Origin: Guillardia theta CCMP2712
Taxonomy: Eukaryota > Protista > Cryptophyta
NCBI RefSeq assembly: GCF_000315625.1
Contig: NW_005434617.1
Location: 423,439 to 487,438, forward strand
Direction of reading: 5' to 3'
Length of the DNA: 64,000 bases
The notes below the pieces were generated by a model. It did no database searches and was not told the DNA's origin. It saw nothing but the letters and a program-made list of their open reading frames with translations. Made by a program: the position numbers and the translations under genes. This document shows positions 1-11,153 of this stretch, piece after piece (within the stretch, counting starts at the first letter, position 1; every line of letters starts with the position of its first letter).

Positions 1-249
1 GATCGAGTGTATGCGGCAGCACGACAGAAGATGCGAGGAAGGTATCAGTCGCCTGATGATGATCCATGCCCGGGTCCTTGCATGATCAGCTGATCCCTTG
101 CCTGCAGGCGTTCGCCGACTACTCACACCCTCACCAACTTACCAGCTGCCTTGACTGACGAAGTTGGGACCTGCGTCTGACTCCACTAAGTTGAGCGCCT
201 CATCAGCCATGTTAGTAAACCGGTGACCTCAAACCATCATTATTAACTA

Positions 250-930
250 GTGAGCATTCCGTCGGTCCGATGGCCGCCGCATGGCGGCCGCCGCGGCCGC
301 TGTCGCGGCCCGATCACCGTGCACTGGCCGGGCACTACCGTCGCCTCCGGTCACGGTAACCCCGGACCGTGGCACAGCGGCCTGGGCTAGCACGGCCGCG
401 TCATGCCCTGCGGCCCCACGGTGACTCCGGGACCGTAGTGACAGAGTACGGCCCACGCCGGTAGGCGCTGGCCGGGCCGTCTGAGCCCCCGGGGCCGCCG
501 CCCGCCGGGAGCGGCGCGGCTGCCCCGGCTGACTCGGGGGCCGCTCAGCGGGCTGAGGGCCGCCCTCAGTTCCGAAGTTCCGAGTGACTGATTGCCGAAC
601 CCGGAGTCGGTGGGGCTCACGATGGAGGCTGGAGTTGGCAGGCCGCTGACGGTCGGCCGGTCTCTGTCCGACCGTCACGGCGGTCCGATCTGATCTGCAC
701 TGCGGCAAGAACGCCAGTCGGCCCCACCGGGACGGCCCAGTTCGATCGGACAGCCGGGTGACCGGGCCGCGCGATCCGGCGCCGGTCAGAGTCGAGTCCG
801 CCGGACTCCCCGCCTCAGTCAGGCCCTGATCCGGGCCTGGCGTCGGACTGCCAGGGTCACGGTCCGAATCACTGAAGCGGCAGACGGTCCGGGTGGCCGC
901 AAGCCTGAACTTGGAAGGGTTGAATCAGTG
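250..930. repeat. GC-rich island built from short palindromic/near-palindromic words (CCGG, GGCC, GTCAC/GTGAC, GAGTC/GACTC, CTCAG)
   Basis: Very high GC. Same word vocabulary as 7750-8130, 26870-26965, 34420-34530 and 39390-40060. Overlapping ORFs are R/P/G/A low-complexity. Confidence 0.55.
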
Positions 931-1480
931 CGGATCATGCCCGGCGATTGCAGCTGCTGTTGTAGGCGATGAGCGTTACAATTGCGACGGTTAAAAATCC
1001 TCCGGCGGAAGCGCGTGATGGCGCCACAGGGCGAGCGATTGAAGGGGAGGAGAAGAGGGAGAAGAATGACGAAGGAGAGCGACAGGGAGACAAGGACATG
1101 AAGATGCTAGATGAGTATGACCAACTATGTAGATGACAGGACAAGTGCAGACAGTGCAGGGACGTCAGTTGTGTTGTTAGCTTGTTCCCCTAATTCCTTG
1201 TTTACAATCACCTTGTCTTGAATATTGTTGGTATTTTATGCTCTTTGTCACAACCTTCAACAAACATTTAGAAGAATGTCTTGAATGCCTCCCAACGTTT
1301 TTCAAACTGCTGCCGTTGTTTGCTCCTCGCCCCTTCTCTCGCTGAGCTGGACCCTTGCGAAGCATGTACCCCTGCTCAGTTTTCCTTGGCCATGAACACT
1401 CGACGAGCAGCTAAATGTCATGACAGGGATCGTTCACGTTGTCGGACTGAAAGAAGAATCATCAAACACCCTCGGCATTC

Positions 1481-2079
1481 ATGGTGTGACGATGTATCAG
1501 GATGCCATGCGTTCTCTGAACTCCCCCTGCAGCTCTTCTACTCTGTTTTCAAGCGATTGATAGGGAAGGAAATCGTTGTAGAGCTCAAGAACGACCTGGC
1601 GCTCAAGGGAACCCTACACTCAGTTGACCAGGTTGAGACTTGCAAGGGAGAGGGAGGAGGAGGAGGAGGAGGAGGAGGAGGAGGAGAAGGAGAAGGGAGT
1701 GTGTTTGTGACGGGGGGTGAAGAGGAGGAAGAGGAGTAGGATGACGTGGTTGTTGCAGTACCTCAACTTTAAGCTGCTGGACGTGCAAGTCATCGACGAG
1801 GAGCGCTTTCCTCACATGGTTCGCTCCTCGTCCTCTAGGGCTCGAAAGGTTCTCATCCCCGTGTCTCAGGCATCAGTCAAGAACTGCTTCATCCGAGGGT
1901 CTGTCGTGCGCTACGTTCAGATCCCCCCTGGTGAGCGAAGAGGGACTGGAGGGGAGGGGAGGGGGAGGGAGGTGAAAGGAGAGGAGTTCTGACCTAAGAG
2001 TGTTACAGGTGAACTCGATCCCGAGGTCTTGCAAGACTCAACAAGAACAGAAGTGGCCAAGGAGCATGCGAGCCGGTGA
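1481..2079 (+). CDS. LSM2: U6 snRNA-associated Sm-like protein LSm2 (5 exons: 1481-1483, 1533-1631, 1759-1818, 1870-1930, 2009-2079)
   Basis: Spliced translation MLFYSVFKRLIGKEIVVELKNDLALKGTLHSVDQYLNFKLLDVQVIDEERFPHMASVKNCFIRGSVVRYVQIPPGELDPEVLQDSTRTEVAKEHASR* matches the LSm2 Sm1/Sm2 motifs. All introns are GT-AG. Confidence 0.95.
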
Positions 2080-2171
2080 AGAGGAGGATGAGGATGAGGA
2101 GGGGAAGGAGAGAGGGTTAATGTGAGCTGTGTCTTTGATTAAACTTGAACCTCGATGTGTTTATTCGCATC

Positions 2172-2255
2172 GCATCTCAGGATTGATTTATTCATAATAC
2201 ATTTCAATATGAAAATGCATCTCAGGATTGATTTATTCATAATACATTTCAATAT
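2172..2255. repeat. Perfect 39-bp direct repeat, period 45 bp (GCATCTCAGGATTGATTTATTCATAATACATTTCAATAT x2)
   Basis: Copies at 2172-2210 and 2217-2255, in the AT-rich convergent 3' region. Confidence 0.9.
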
Positions 2256-2289
2256 TAAATTCATCTTATGATCTTCTGTGTTACATGTC

Positions 2290-5200
2290 AACGCCTCTAA
2301 GGCTCCTGGTACATCTCATGCCGTATCTGATGTGCTCGCATCTGCCAGCTCGTCACATCACAACGACGTGGAAAGGGAAGCGCTCACAATGATCTCATTT
2401 CGCTTCTCCTGCATCAGCCTCAAGATGTCTTCCTGTCTCCTCCACATCCCTGCCACTTTTCTCAGTCCTCGTCTGCCAGCTCGCAGACAGCAAGTAAGGT
2501 CCTCACCTTGTATCCCAGCATGACTCTCGTCAATGTGTTCTGGCCACCAACGTCAACAACGAGGCCTCGACGCACAAGAGCCGCAAACCTCGACCGCCTT
2601 CTGAGTGTGACAAGTCGTTTCTGTGAGTTCCGTTCAGTCGCGCGTCCTCTCGGTGGGATGACGTGGCACCATTCTCAGCATGAACCTGCTGCGTCTCAGC
2701 CTCACCCTCCCCACGTTCATCGATCATCCTACCGCCCCCTCGTTTAGGTCGAGGTCACTGATCTCCAGGCGGTCAACAACAGTGTTGTTCTGTGCCAGTC
2801 ACATTTAGTTTGCTTCCATCGGCCACGAGCGATCAGCATTACCCGCAGCACATGGTCCTCCACAGCGATGGTCTTCGCCACGTGCAACTGCACACTAAGT
2901 CGATATCCAGCGAGAGCCCAGCCAGACGCTCTACCTCATCGCCGTTGACAGCCATCGCCTCCTTCCTCTCCTGGTTCACTTCATCCGAAAGCGCATCATC
3001 CAGCTGATCGTTCCGTCACAAACTCACGGCCAGCCCACGGAAATTTCATAGTCGTACCGAGTCGTATTGCGGCGCCTGATCTCTAACAACATGCGCTCTC
3101 CTGTAGGTAGTATCAGATGGAGCATAGTTCCAGGCCCGAGTCATCACCCGTTTGCGACGTGCTTCACTTTACCATTCTGAGTCTCATCGAGAGCGTACTT
3201 GGGTTCCTGCACATGAGTATCTTAAGGATTCGACAAGGTGCTGGAGTGCCTTGCCACCTGGGAAAGAACATCCGCGCCGTTATGCACATGATTCTGATGG
3301 TTCTCTCCGTCTTCCATCCCTTCAGCCCCTGGGGGAACAACCATCGCGTCCACTTCTTCTGGAGCATCAGGAGTCGTGCAGTCTGAGAATATTTCGTTTC
3401 CAGCCTCACTGTATTGCCTCCCATCCACGTCATCCGTCCGCTGAGAGCTTCGTCCTCGCGCTGACGCTCTTCCTCGTCTTGTAGGTGGCCGCACCCCTCT
3501 CGCTTCATCAATCTTGGGCAGGAACTGATCACTCCCGCTGCCGGCTGTAGCCTGATCAGCGTTGTCGTCCTCGTTCGAGACCTCGGGGACCTGAGCCAAG
3601 TCTGTCATGTGGCTTCTTTCATCGTCGCCGAGCTGAGGGGCCTCGCCCACAAGGTTGTCTCCGCCGGTCAGTCCCATGTAGTTATTCTGACTGCGAACGT
3701 ACATCCCGCGCCCCCGTCGCGACTTGGGTCTGGCGCCAGTGGCTTCATCAAACGACACGAAGGAACCAGCTGTGGTATCCGGCTCCTTGTACTCAACCCG
3801 TTCCATTGCAGGTTCGTACTTGCCTTTATCTTGGGATCCTCTGCTGTCCTCGTCGTCGCATACCATGGGGGCCTCTTCTGCCATCCTGTGAGCATCCTCC
3901 TCGTACTCACGAGACCTGATTCCCCTTCCCCTCCTGCTCTTGGGTCGCAAGCCCATCGCTTCTTCTTTGGCATACAGAGAGTTGCTCATCTGCAAGTCCT
4001 GACCCTCCACCTGCTGCTCCACCTCAAGATCCTTCGAGCGTGCACTGGGCTCTTGCGATTCCGCCCATGCTTCCTTGCGGGATTGGTTCAACTGCGATGC
4101 TTGTCGCGAGCCAAGTTCTGCCTTTTCTGGGCTCGACTGTGAATCAGCAGGTACGTTGACATTCAATTTCCCCTGCATCTAGATTAATAATCGGAAGCAG
4201 CACAAGTCTGGATGAGCTCATACCATGACCAGCCTTGCATCCTTAGCTGAAGGCTTGGGTCCATGCTGTTTGGCATGAGACTTGAGAGCTGCGATGAAGA
4301 TTTCAGGAGGTCGATCAAGCAGTCATTTCATGACTCATTACATTGAACTCTTGACGAAAGCTCCAAAATTGGCGCGATGTCTCGGGCCATGCGATCCATT
4401 TCTCGCAACTTTTGAGTCCAGGTCGGGTTGGGGTTCTGGGCCACAGTGTCTCGAGCAGGTTTGCTCACAGTCTTGGCACTTTTACCGAGAGTCTGTTGCT
4501 GAGCTTTTCTCTGCACTCTAGATTCCTGAAAGGATTCCATGTTGGATTTCCCCATCTCGTAGCCTTTGCGTAGCACCTCAATGTCATTCTTCAGCTTGGA
4601 CAAAGACACAGTAATTCCATCTTGGCTGCGACCTTTCTCAGAAAGCTTTTCTCCCGTTTTCTGAGCATAAAGCCTTCCACTCTTGTTCGGAGCGGTCTTG
4701 GGCCTTCCGCCAAAGGATCTCTTTTCTGAATTTTGATTTCGCTTTCTCTGATGGTCTTGCTCTGTAAAGCGTTCTCGAGTATTGCTCAGGTTTTCATCGA
4801 CGACCGGTGTTTCTTTGATGCAATTGCAATATCTTGGATCGAATTTGCTGGCTAGATTCTCTGCTTCATGGTGCTTCACAGACATATCTGTGCAGGACAG
4901 TCATGGTGCAGAACAGGGAAAATCACCGTACACAAGTAGACTAAGGCAGCAGCAATGATAGCAAGAGGAATGTTTCATGTGTAATCCTACCTTGCTTCTT
5001 GGCTTGGTCACTGTGAATATCTTGCGAATATGATGCTCTTAGTTGCTCCCTGGAAGTCGTCGCTGCCAAGGACAGGGCGCCGATAGAAAATTCTTCACTG
5101 CAAATGGCGTCAGCGGAAAGAAGGGTTCACAAAAGAGAGATCAAGAAACCTGCCCCCCTTGGATTCGCTATTGCCCAGAAGAGGCTTGGAATGAGGTGGC

Positions 5201-6500
5201 AAACACATGATTCTGATTCGATCCGACGGAGTCAGGTGCGGTTCTGTAAAGCATTTCGTTTCCAAATCATGTTGACCGACATGGATATTGGCATAGCCAC
5301 GGGAATAACCTCTTCCTCTATCCATATGCCTGTCATTGTCATTGTACTCCTTGACATTCTTATGAAGTTCAGCACGGACAGTTTGAAACATTGAGATCAG
5401 CTCCGCCTCCTCGTGATCAGCATCATTCGTTCCTCCAGGCTGACTTGCGTTCAGGTTCTCTGAAGCTTTCCACATTTCTCTTATGGCAGAACTCGAGTCG
5501 TCAAACTGCCTTTGCAAACTGGATTGATGGACAGCATATTGTTCATTCAACCATTTCTGAAGATGCTGCTGCTGCGATTCAGCTTGCTGAACCGACTCAT
5601 GGTCGATTTGAGCCTTTTTGAGAGGGGAGCCCTTGGGATAATTGATGTGACACGATATGTTTGTTTGGAGAGGCGCATCATGGTACACGCCCATAGAAAC
5701 AGATCCATTCGGACGCACCAACTTGTTCATCAGGTTTGCGAAGGTTTGTCTCAGTATATCTTCGTCGTCGCTCTCCACCAGGGAGCCCTGCAACATAGTC
5801 AAAATTGTTGACATCCCTGCAGCAGCGCTGACCGCATCATCATCCAGAATCACTCTGGTATCCATGCTTGCAGGTACTTGAAATCGAGGTTCCTCTGTGC
5901 ATAAGTTTTGGTCAGGGCTGAGGGGAGGGCGGGGGGTTGCATCAGCATCCGCAGCAGTGCAAACCTTCATCGTCCTTGAGGATCTGAGCGCCATCTCTAA
6001 ACATTCTATCGAATGGACTGAGGCCAGTGTCGTGAGCAAGGGATGGATCATGGCAGATAACACGACACCTCTTGATGAACAGTTCTCTCCGATCCGGTAG
6101 AGGCACTGAAATTGGCCTGAGAATCACGTCAGTCCACTTGCAAGACAAGTGGCAACGTTACTCTTTGTTGGAGCCTCGTAGAAGATTAGAGAATTTCAGA
6201 GGAATTGGTGTCACTTTGGAAGACATCTTTGATTTATATTCGGCCTCTCAACTGTAGTTGACAGCCTTCTCTTCACAGATCAACAATAATGCTCATCAGG
6301 TTCCCTTGCAATCTGAAGATTCATTATAAGCGGGGTGGGCAGAAATCCAAGGCACTCCTCACCAGCAGACGTCCTCAGATGTAAGTGAGGCTTGATCGAA
6401 GACTAGACCAGACGGACGAGACGGAATTGATGAAGTCTATCTTGCCCGGCTCAAGTTCCCTCGCCACAACCCCACTCACTATAAGCAGCTTCACCAGCGC
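2290..6500 (-). CDS. Large multi-exon hypothetical protein (acidic/low-complexity, RPKSRRGRG-type repeats, helical C-terminus)
   Basis: Long ORFs 5110-6063, 4328-4885 and 3222-4178. The first two can be linked in frame through GT-AG introns via a short exon near 4990-5098 (SEEFSIGALSLAATT...). Both gene ends are approximate. Confidence 0.55.
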
Positions 6501-6699
6501 AGGACGGTAAACGATCGTGAGGTCTTCTCTAGCGTGTAGAGATATCACACGGCTTACAATCAGATGGCTTTCAGGTTCAAACAATCTCCTCCTCTGCTCT
6601 GCTCTCCTCTCCTCCCTTCTCTCTCCTCTCCTCTCCTCTTCCTTTTTACTCCCTCTGCTACGCTATCCGCCCCTGCCATCCGCCACAAAGGCCCCGCCT

Positions 6700-7560
6700 T
6701 TTGTTCCACCCTACCCTCGTCACAAGTACCCTACCATACTCATTTTCGTTCACCTTATCGATATACCCGTGGTTTTGTCTGGTGATAACCTCTTCAGAAC
6801 CCTGTTATGGGGACCACAATAAACCCCCTACCCATGGACTATTGTCCCCTACCCCACCATTGAAATCATCCAGCAGTACCCACCCAGAATTGGTACTTCT
6901 ACAATCACCCCCAGTGCTGGAACTACCCCACGACCTTGCTATACCTACCCCCGATTTGACGACCCCTAGTTGACCCATCCACTTTTTCACCACCCCCTAT
7001 CAAAAGGAGCACAAGAAAAGAGTACCCCAATATTTCCCACAATTTGACCCCACCTAGCCTAGGTAACCCTTGGACCTACTAGATTCAGCAATACCACCCT
7101 CCATGACCCTCTTCAGGAGACTCTCCCACCCACCCCTCGTACCTGCCACCGTTGGGGACGGCCAGAGGATTTACGAACCCTTAGTACAGTGCAAGGTTTT
7201 GAATATATATATTTGTACCACTCAATTTTTATAACATATCAATACAAATTTTGAAAAGGATCTAAAACTCTAAAACGAATCCCAGTACTACACGAACAAA
7301 AGTCCAATAATATGTTGGGGTGGGGTCCATTGGTGTAATTGACAAGGCAGGGTGATTCTAAGACAAATAAAGGAATGATAAGGGGGGTGGGTTTAAAAAA
7401 GAAGGGTGGGGTGATTTCAATCTGTACCATGTATTGAATTTTTACAATATTATTTTTGACAGGGACTACCCCTACCCTCATGTGAGATCAAATGAACAAA
7501 ATCTTGGGGAAAAGTACCCCAGTTCCTACCACCCCCACCCTCAAAGAGTGATATGCCTCT
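6700..7560. promoter_or_regulatory. TACCCC/GGGGTA-rich non-coding island upstream of the minus-strand gene
   Basis: Dense ACCCC/TACCC words, an AT-rich core with GTAC words, and no credible ORF. Confidence 0.35.
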
Positions 7561-7749
7561 GAATGTTTCAACGAGCATCGTTCCTGATTCAAACCTTTGA
7601 TCTAACATTGAATTGATCAACAAAAAGTTTTTGAAATCTCATTGGAGTATTTCGGGATCAACGGTGCCAAACTTGAACGATGGCCCCCTTAAAAGTATTT
7701 TTGGGAGCTCTTGGATTCCAGTACAAAGTAAAATTGATTTTTGAAGAAC

Positions 7750-8130
7750 TTTTTCGGGCCGACCGGTGACCGGCTCGGCAGGCCCGCCGGTCACAGTTGG
7801 CCCGAGCAATGGCAACTTGCTTGAACTTTCATAGTACTCCGAGTCTTTACTCAAAGTTAAGTTAAAGATCAGCACGAGGACAATCAGGAGAGTCGAGGAG
7901 GCTTGACCCTGACACTGTCGCACTGAGTCAAGCCTCCTCTCCTTTAACTTAACTCAGTAACTTCAGCCTGAGTGGCAAGTCATGACCGTGTGGCATGGCG
8001 GATCGGATGAATGCCATCCGATGATCCGATGATCCGATGATCGGCAGCCGCACTCAGTGTCGCCGGGCCGCCCGGCGACCGGACCGTTCTGAGTGACAAC
8101 TTGAGCCTCGGAGGTCGTACGGCATGGCAG
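7750..8130. repeat. Dispersed GC-rich element copy, sharing a backbone with 39820-40062; includes a short (GATCCGAT)n tandem
   Basis: TTACTCAAAGTTAAG..ATCAGcACGAGGaCAATCA at 7847-7886 recurs at 40024-40062. Confidence 0.65.
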
Positions 8131-8224
8131 CGGCGCTGACCAGGTTGAAGAGACGAGTCACGCTTGCTGGTAAATCTACAGGAAAAGAAGCAAACGAGCT
8201 GAGAACTTACTGACCGTCGTGGCC

Positions 8225-8398
8225 TCATCGACCTGACTCTGAGCTACGGCTAGACTCTGACAGTCGGGGTCCGCCGATTACGGGAGATTGCTGTTGTTGC
8301 TGCTCCAAGCCCTCACTCCCACGCAAGCCTCCCCTTGTCCTCTCGCCGGTGTGCAGCAAGCCTTGCAACCCCCTGTCCTGCTGCTTCTGTACCCCTTC

Positions 8399-8431
<33 letters not shown>

Positions 8432-8607
8432 CTGTACCGCTTGTTGTTGTTCCTGCTGCTGTACTCCTTGCTGTTCCTGCTGCTGCTGCTGTACCGCTTG
8501 TTGCTGTTGTTGTTGTTCCTGCTGCTGTACCCCTTGTTGCTGCTGCTGCGGCATCTGCTGCTGCTGCGGCATCTGCTGCTGCTGCGGCATCTGCTGCTGC
8601 TGCGGCA

Positions 8608-8642
<35 letters not shown>

Positions 8643-8783
8643 GGCATCTGCTGCTGCTGCTGCTGCGGCATCTGCTGCTGCTGCTGCGGCATCTGCTGCT
8701 GCTGCTGTACAGATTGTTGCAGTTGCTGCTGCTGCTGCTGCTGTACCCCTGGTTGTTGTTCCTGCTGCTGTTGCTGTACAGCT

Positions 8784-8855
<72 letters not shown>

Positions 8856-8856
8856 A

Positions 8857-8888
<32 letters not shown>

Positions 8889-8981
8889 ATCTGCTGCTGC
8901 TGCTGCTGCATCTGCTGCTGCTGCTGCTGCAGCTGAATCTGCTGCATCTGCGTCTGCTGCTGCTGCTGCACCCCTTGTTGT

Positions 8982-9073
<92 letters not shown>

Positions 9074-9077
9074 TTGT

Positions 9078-9125
<48 letters not shown>

Positions 9126-9327
9126 ACAGCTTGTTGCAGTTGTTGTTGCGGCTGCTGCTGCTGTGAGCTCAGCAATATCTGCTGCTTCTCCCCGCCATCA
9201 CTCAAGCTTCCCCCTACCCCTGAATGTAGCGGAGCCGAGACTGCCACACCCTGCTGCTGCTGCTGCTGCTGTACAGCTTGTTGCAGTTGCTGCTGCTGCT
9301 GCTGCTGCTGCTGTACAGCTTGTTGCA

Positions 9328-9358
<31 letters not shown>

Positions 9359-9372
9359 TACAGCTTGTTGCA

Positions 9373-9403
<31 letters not shown>

Positions 9404-9470
9404 TACAGCTTGTTGCTGCTGCTGCTGCTGCTGTACAGCTTGTTGTTGCTGCTGCTGCTGCTGTACAGCT

Positions 9471-9533
<63 letters not shown>

Positions 9534-10081
9534 ACAGCTTGTTGCAGTTGCTGCTGCTGAAGCTGCATCTGCTGCTGCTGTACAGCCTGCTGCTCTTGGT
9601 GTGGATGATGCATCTGCATCTGCTGCTGCTCCCCACCATCGCGCAAGCCATCCCCTGCACCAGACTGCCTCGAGGCTAGAACTCCCATACTGCTGCCCTC
9701 GCGCAGCCCTCCTGCAGCACCTGAGCTTGAGGCGGCTCCACCCTCCTGCTCCACGTGCTTCCCGATCGTTCTGTCAAGTTCGCCTGCCATTGGCCCGGAG
9801 CTCCTGACAGCCACGCTTCCTCCAGCACCAGCAGATTTCTCCTCCTGCTGAACCCCCCCCGTCTCTGCACTGCCTCTCCCCTCCTGGCTGCTCGCAGACC
9901 GTCCGCTCTCCGCGCTACTCACCTCTGCAACGTGCTGCGGCCTGTGCCTGATGCTTGGGACCTGTGCCGCGTCCTCACTCGTTCCCGCCGACTCAGTTGG
10001 ATTTTCAGTTCCTGCTGGGAGTTTCACACCAACGGGTTTCAGCCCCTGCAAGGAAGAAGCGCGGCTGCTCCGCTTCCTCAC
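8225..10081 (-). CDS. Polyglutamine-rich ORF (CAG-repeat expansion with QQAVQQ and MPQQQQ subunits); start and possible 3' intron uncertain
   Basis: 618-codon stop-free frame with non-repetitive Ser/Gly-rich flanks. The first in-frame ATG is near 9790. Confidence 0.5.
8290..9630. repeat. Interrupted (CTG)n/(CAG)n trinucleotide array with higher-order subunits
   Basis: Directly visible. Recurrent units such as CTGTACAGCTTGTTGCAGTTG and CGGCATCTGCTGCTG. Confidence 0.95.
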
Positions 10082-11068
10082 AAGCGGGGAGACAAGAAGG
10101 TACCTGAGGTCAGCTTGTGATGCAGGTGACTCAGCAGCCCGTTGGTGAGGGAGGCATACGTCTTGGCGTTGGACACGTTGACTGAAGGAGCCTGTCAGTG
10201 CTGTACGCGCTAGGAAGGACGGGGGAAGAACCTCGCGCTAGATCTCCTCGCAGCAGGTCGAAGACGGAGAGCAGCTCCTCGTGGTCCACCAGGTTGTCAA
10301 CGTTCTTGTCGGCCATGGCAAAGATGATTTGCAGGGCCTCCGCGTCCTGACGACCAGCACCGAAGTGCAGCTGCAGAGAAGAGGGGAACATCAGGGCCGA
10401 GCACGAGTAGGAGCACGGCATGTTACTTGAAAACTTCCTTGGCTGATCCCTGCGCTCCCGTCGTTCATCTCCCCGAAGAATCGCTTGCACAGCAACCTGA
10501 AGGAGCAGGAGCAGTCAGAACTTCACTTCCCTCCGTGCTCATCATGACGTACGTCTGCTCCTCTGCCGTTAGCGTGTTGACGTGCGCGAAGGACTGGCCC
10601 TGGAACGACGTGAGGACGACAGGTAGGAGGAGGAGAAGGACGAGAAGGAGGAGGAAGAGGACAAGAAGCAGCAGCATGGTGGTGGTAGTGGTGGAGGAGC
10701 AGAAGGCTGACCTCGCATGACGACGCTACTTTGCCTTGTGTCGGGCTCACTATGTTCATGTAACCATGCGACTCTGTCCTCCGGGTGTTGCTGGAACAAG
10801 AACGGCAGAAGAACTTTGAGGACTTTGCATGCACTGAGAGACTGGTGGCCTTGGGGTAAGAGCAGATGCCGTCCTCATAGCGAAAGTATTCACAAGTGCT
10901 GCTCTCCTGACATAGCCTGCGCCACGCCCATGAGTGAAGGTGGTAGAAGAGGAAAAGGGAAGGGGAAGCAGAGGGCGGCGAAATTGTGGAGAACGAGGGG
11001 TGGTTGTAGTAGATGCACGATACAGGAGGAGGAGGAGGAGGTGGTGGTGGTGGTGGTGGTGGTGGTGG

Positions 11069-11107
<39 letters not shown>

Positions 11108-11111
11108 CGAC

Positions 11112-11153
<42 letters not shown>

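Noticed and set aside
247-708. 153-aa R/P/A-rich ORF
   Set aside because: A by-product of the GC-rich island, with no domain or coding-like pattern.
8288-9807. PolyL, polyA and polyC ORFs on the plus strand
   Set aside because: Antisense/alternate-frame shadows of the CTG repeat. They are stop-free only because of the repeat.
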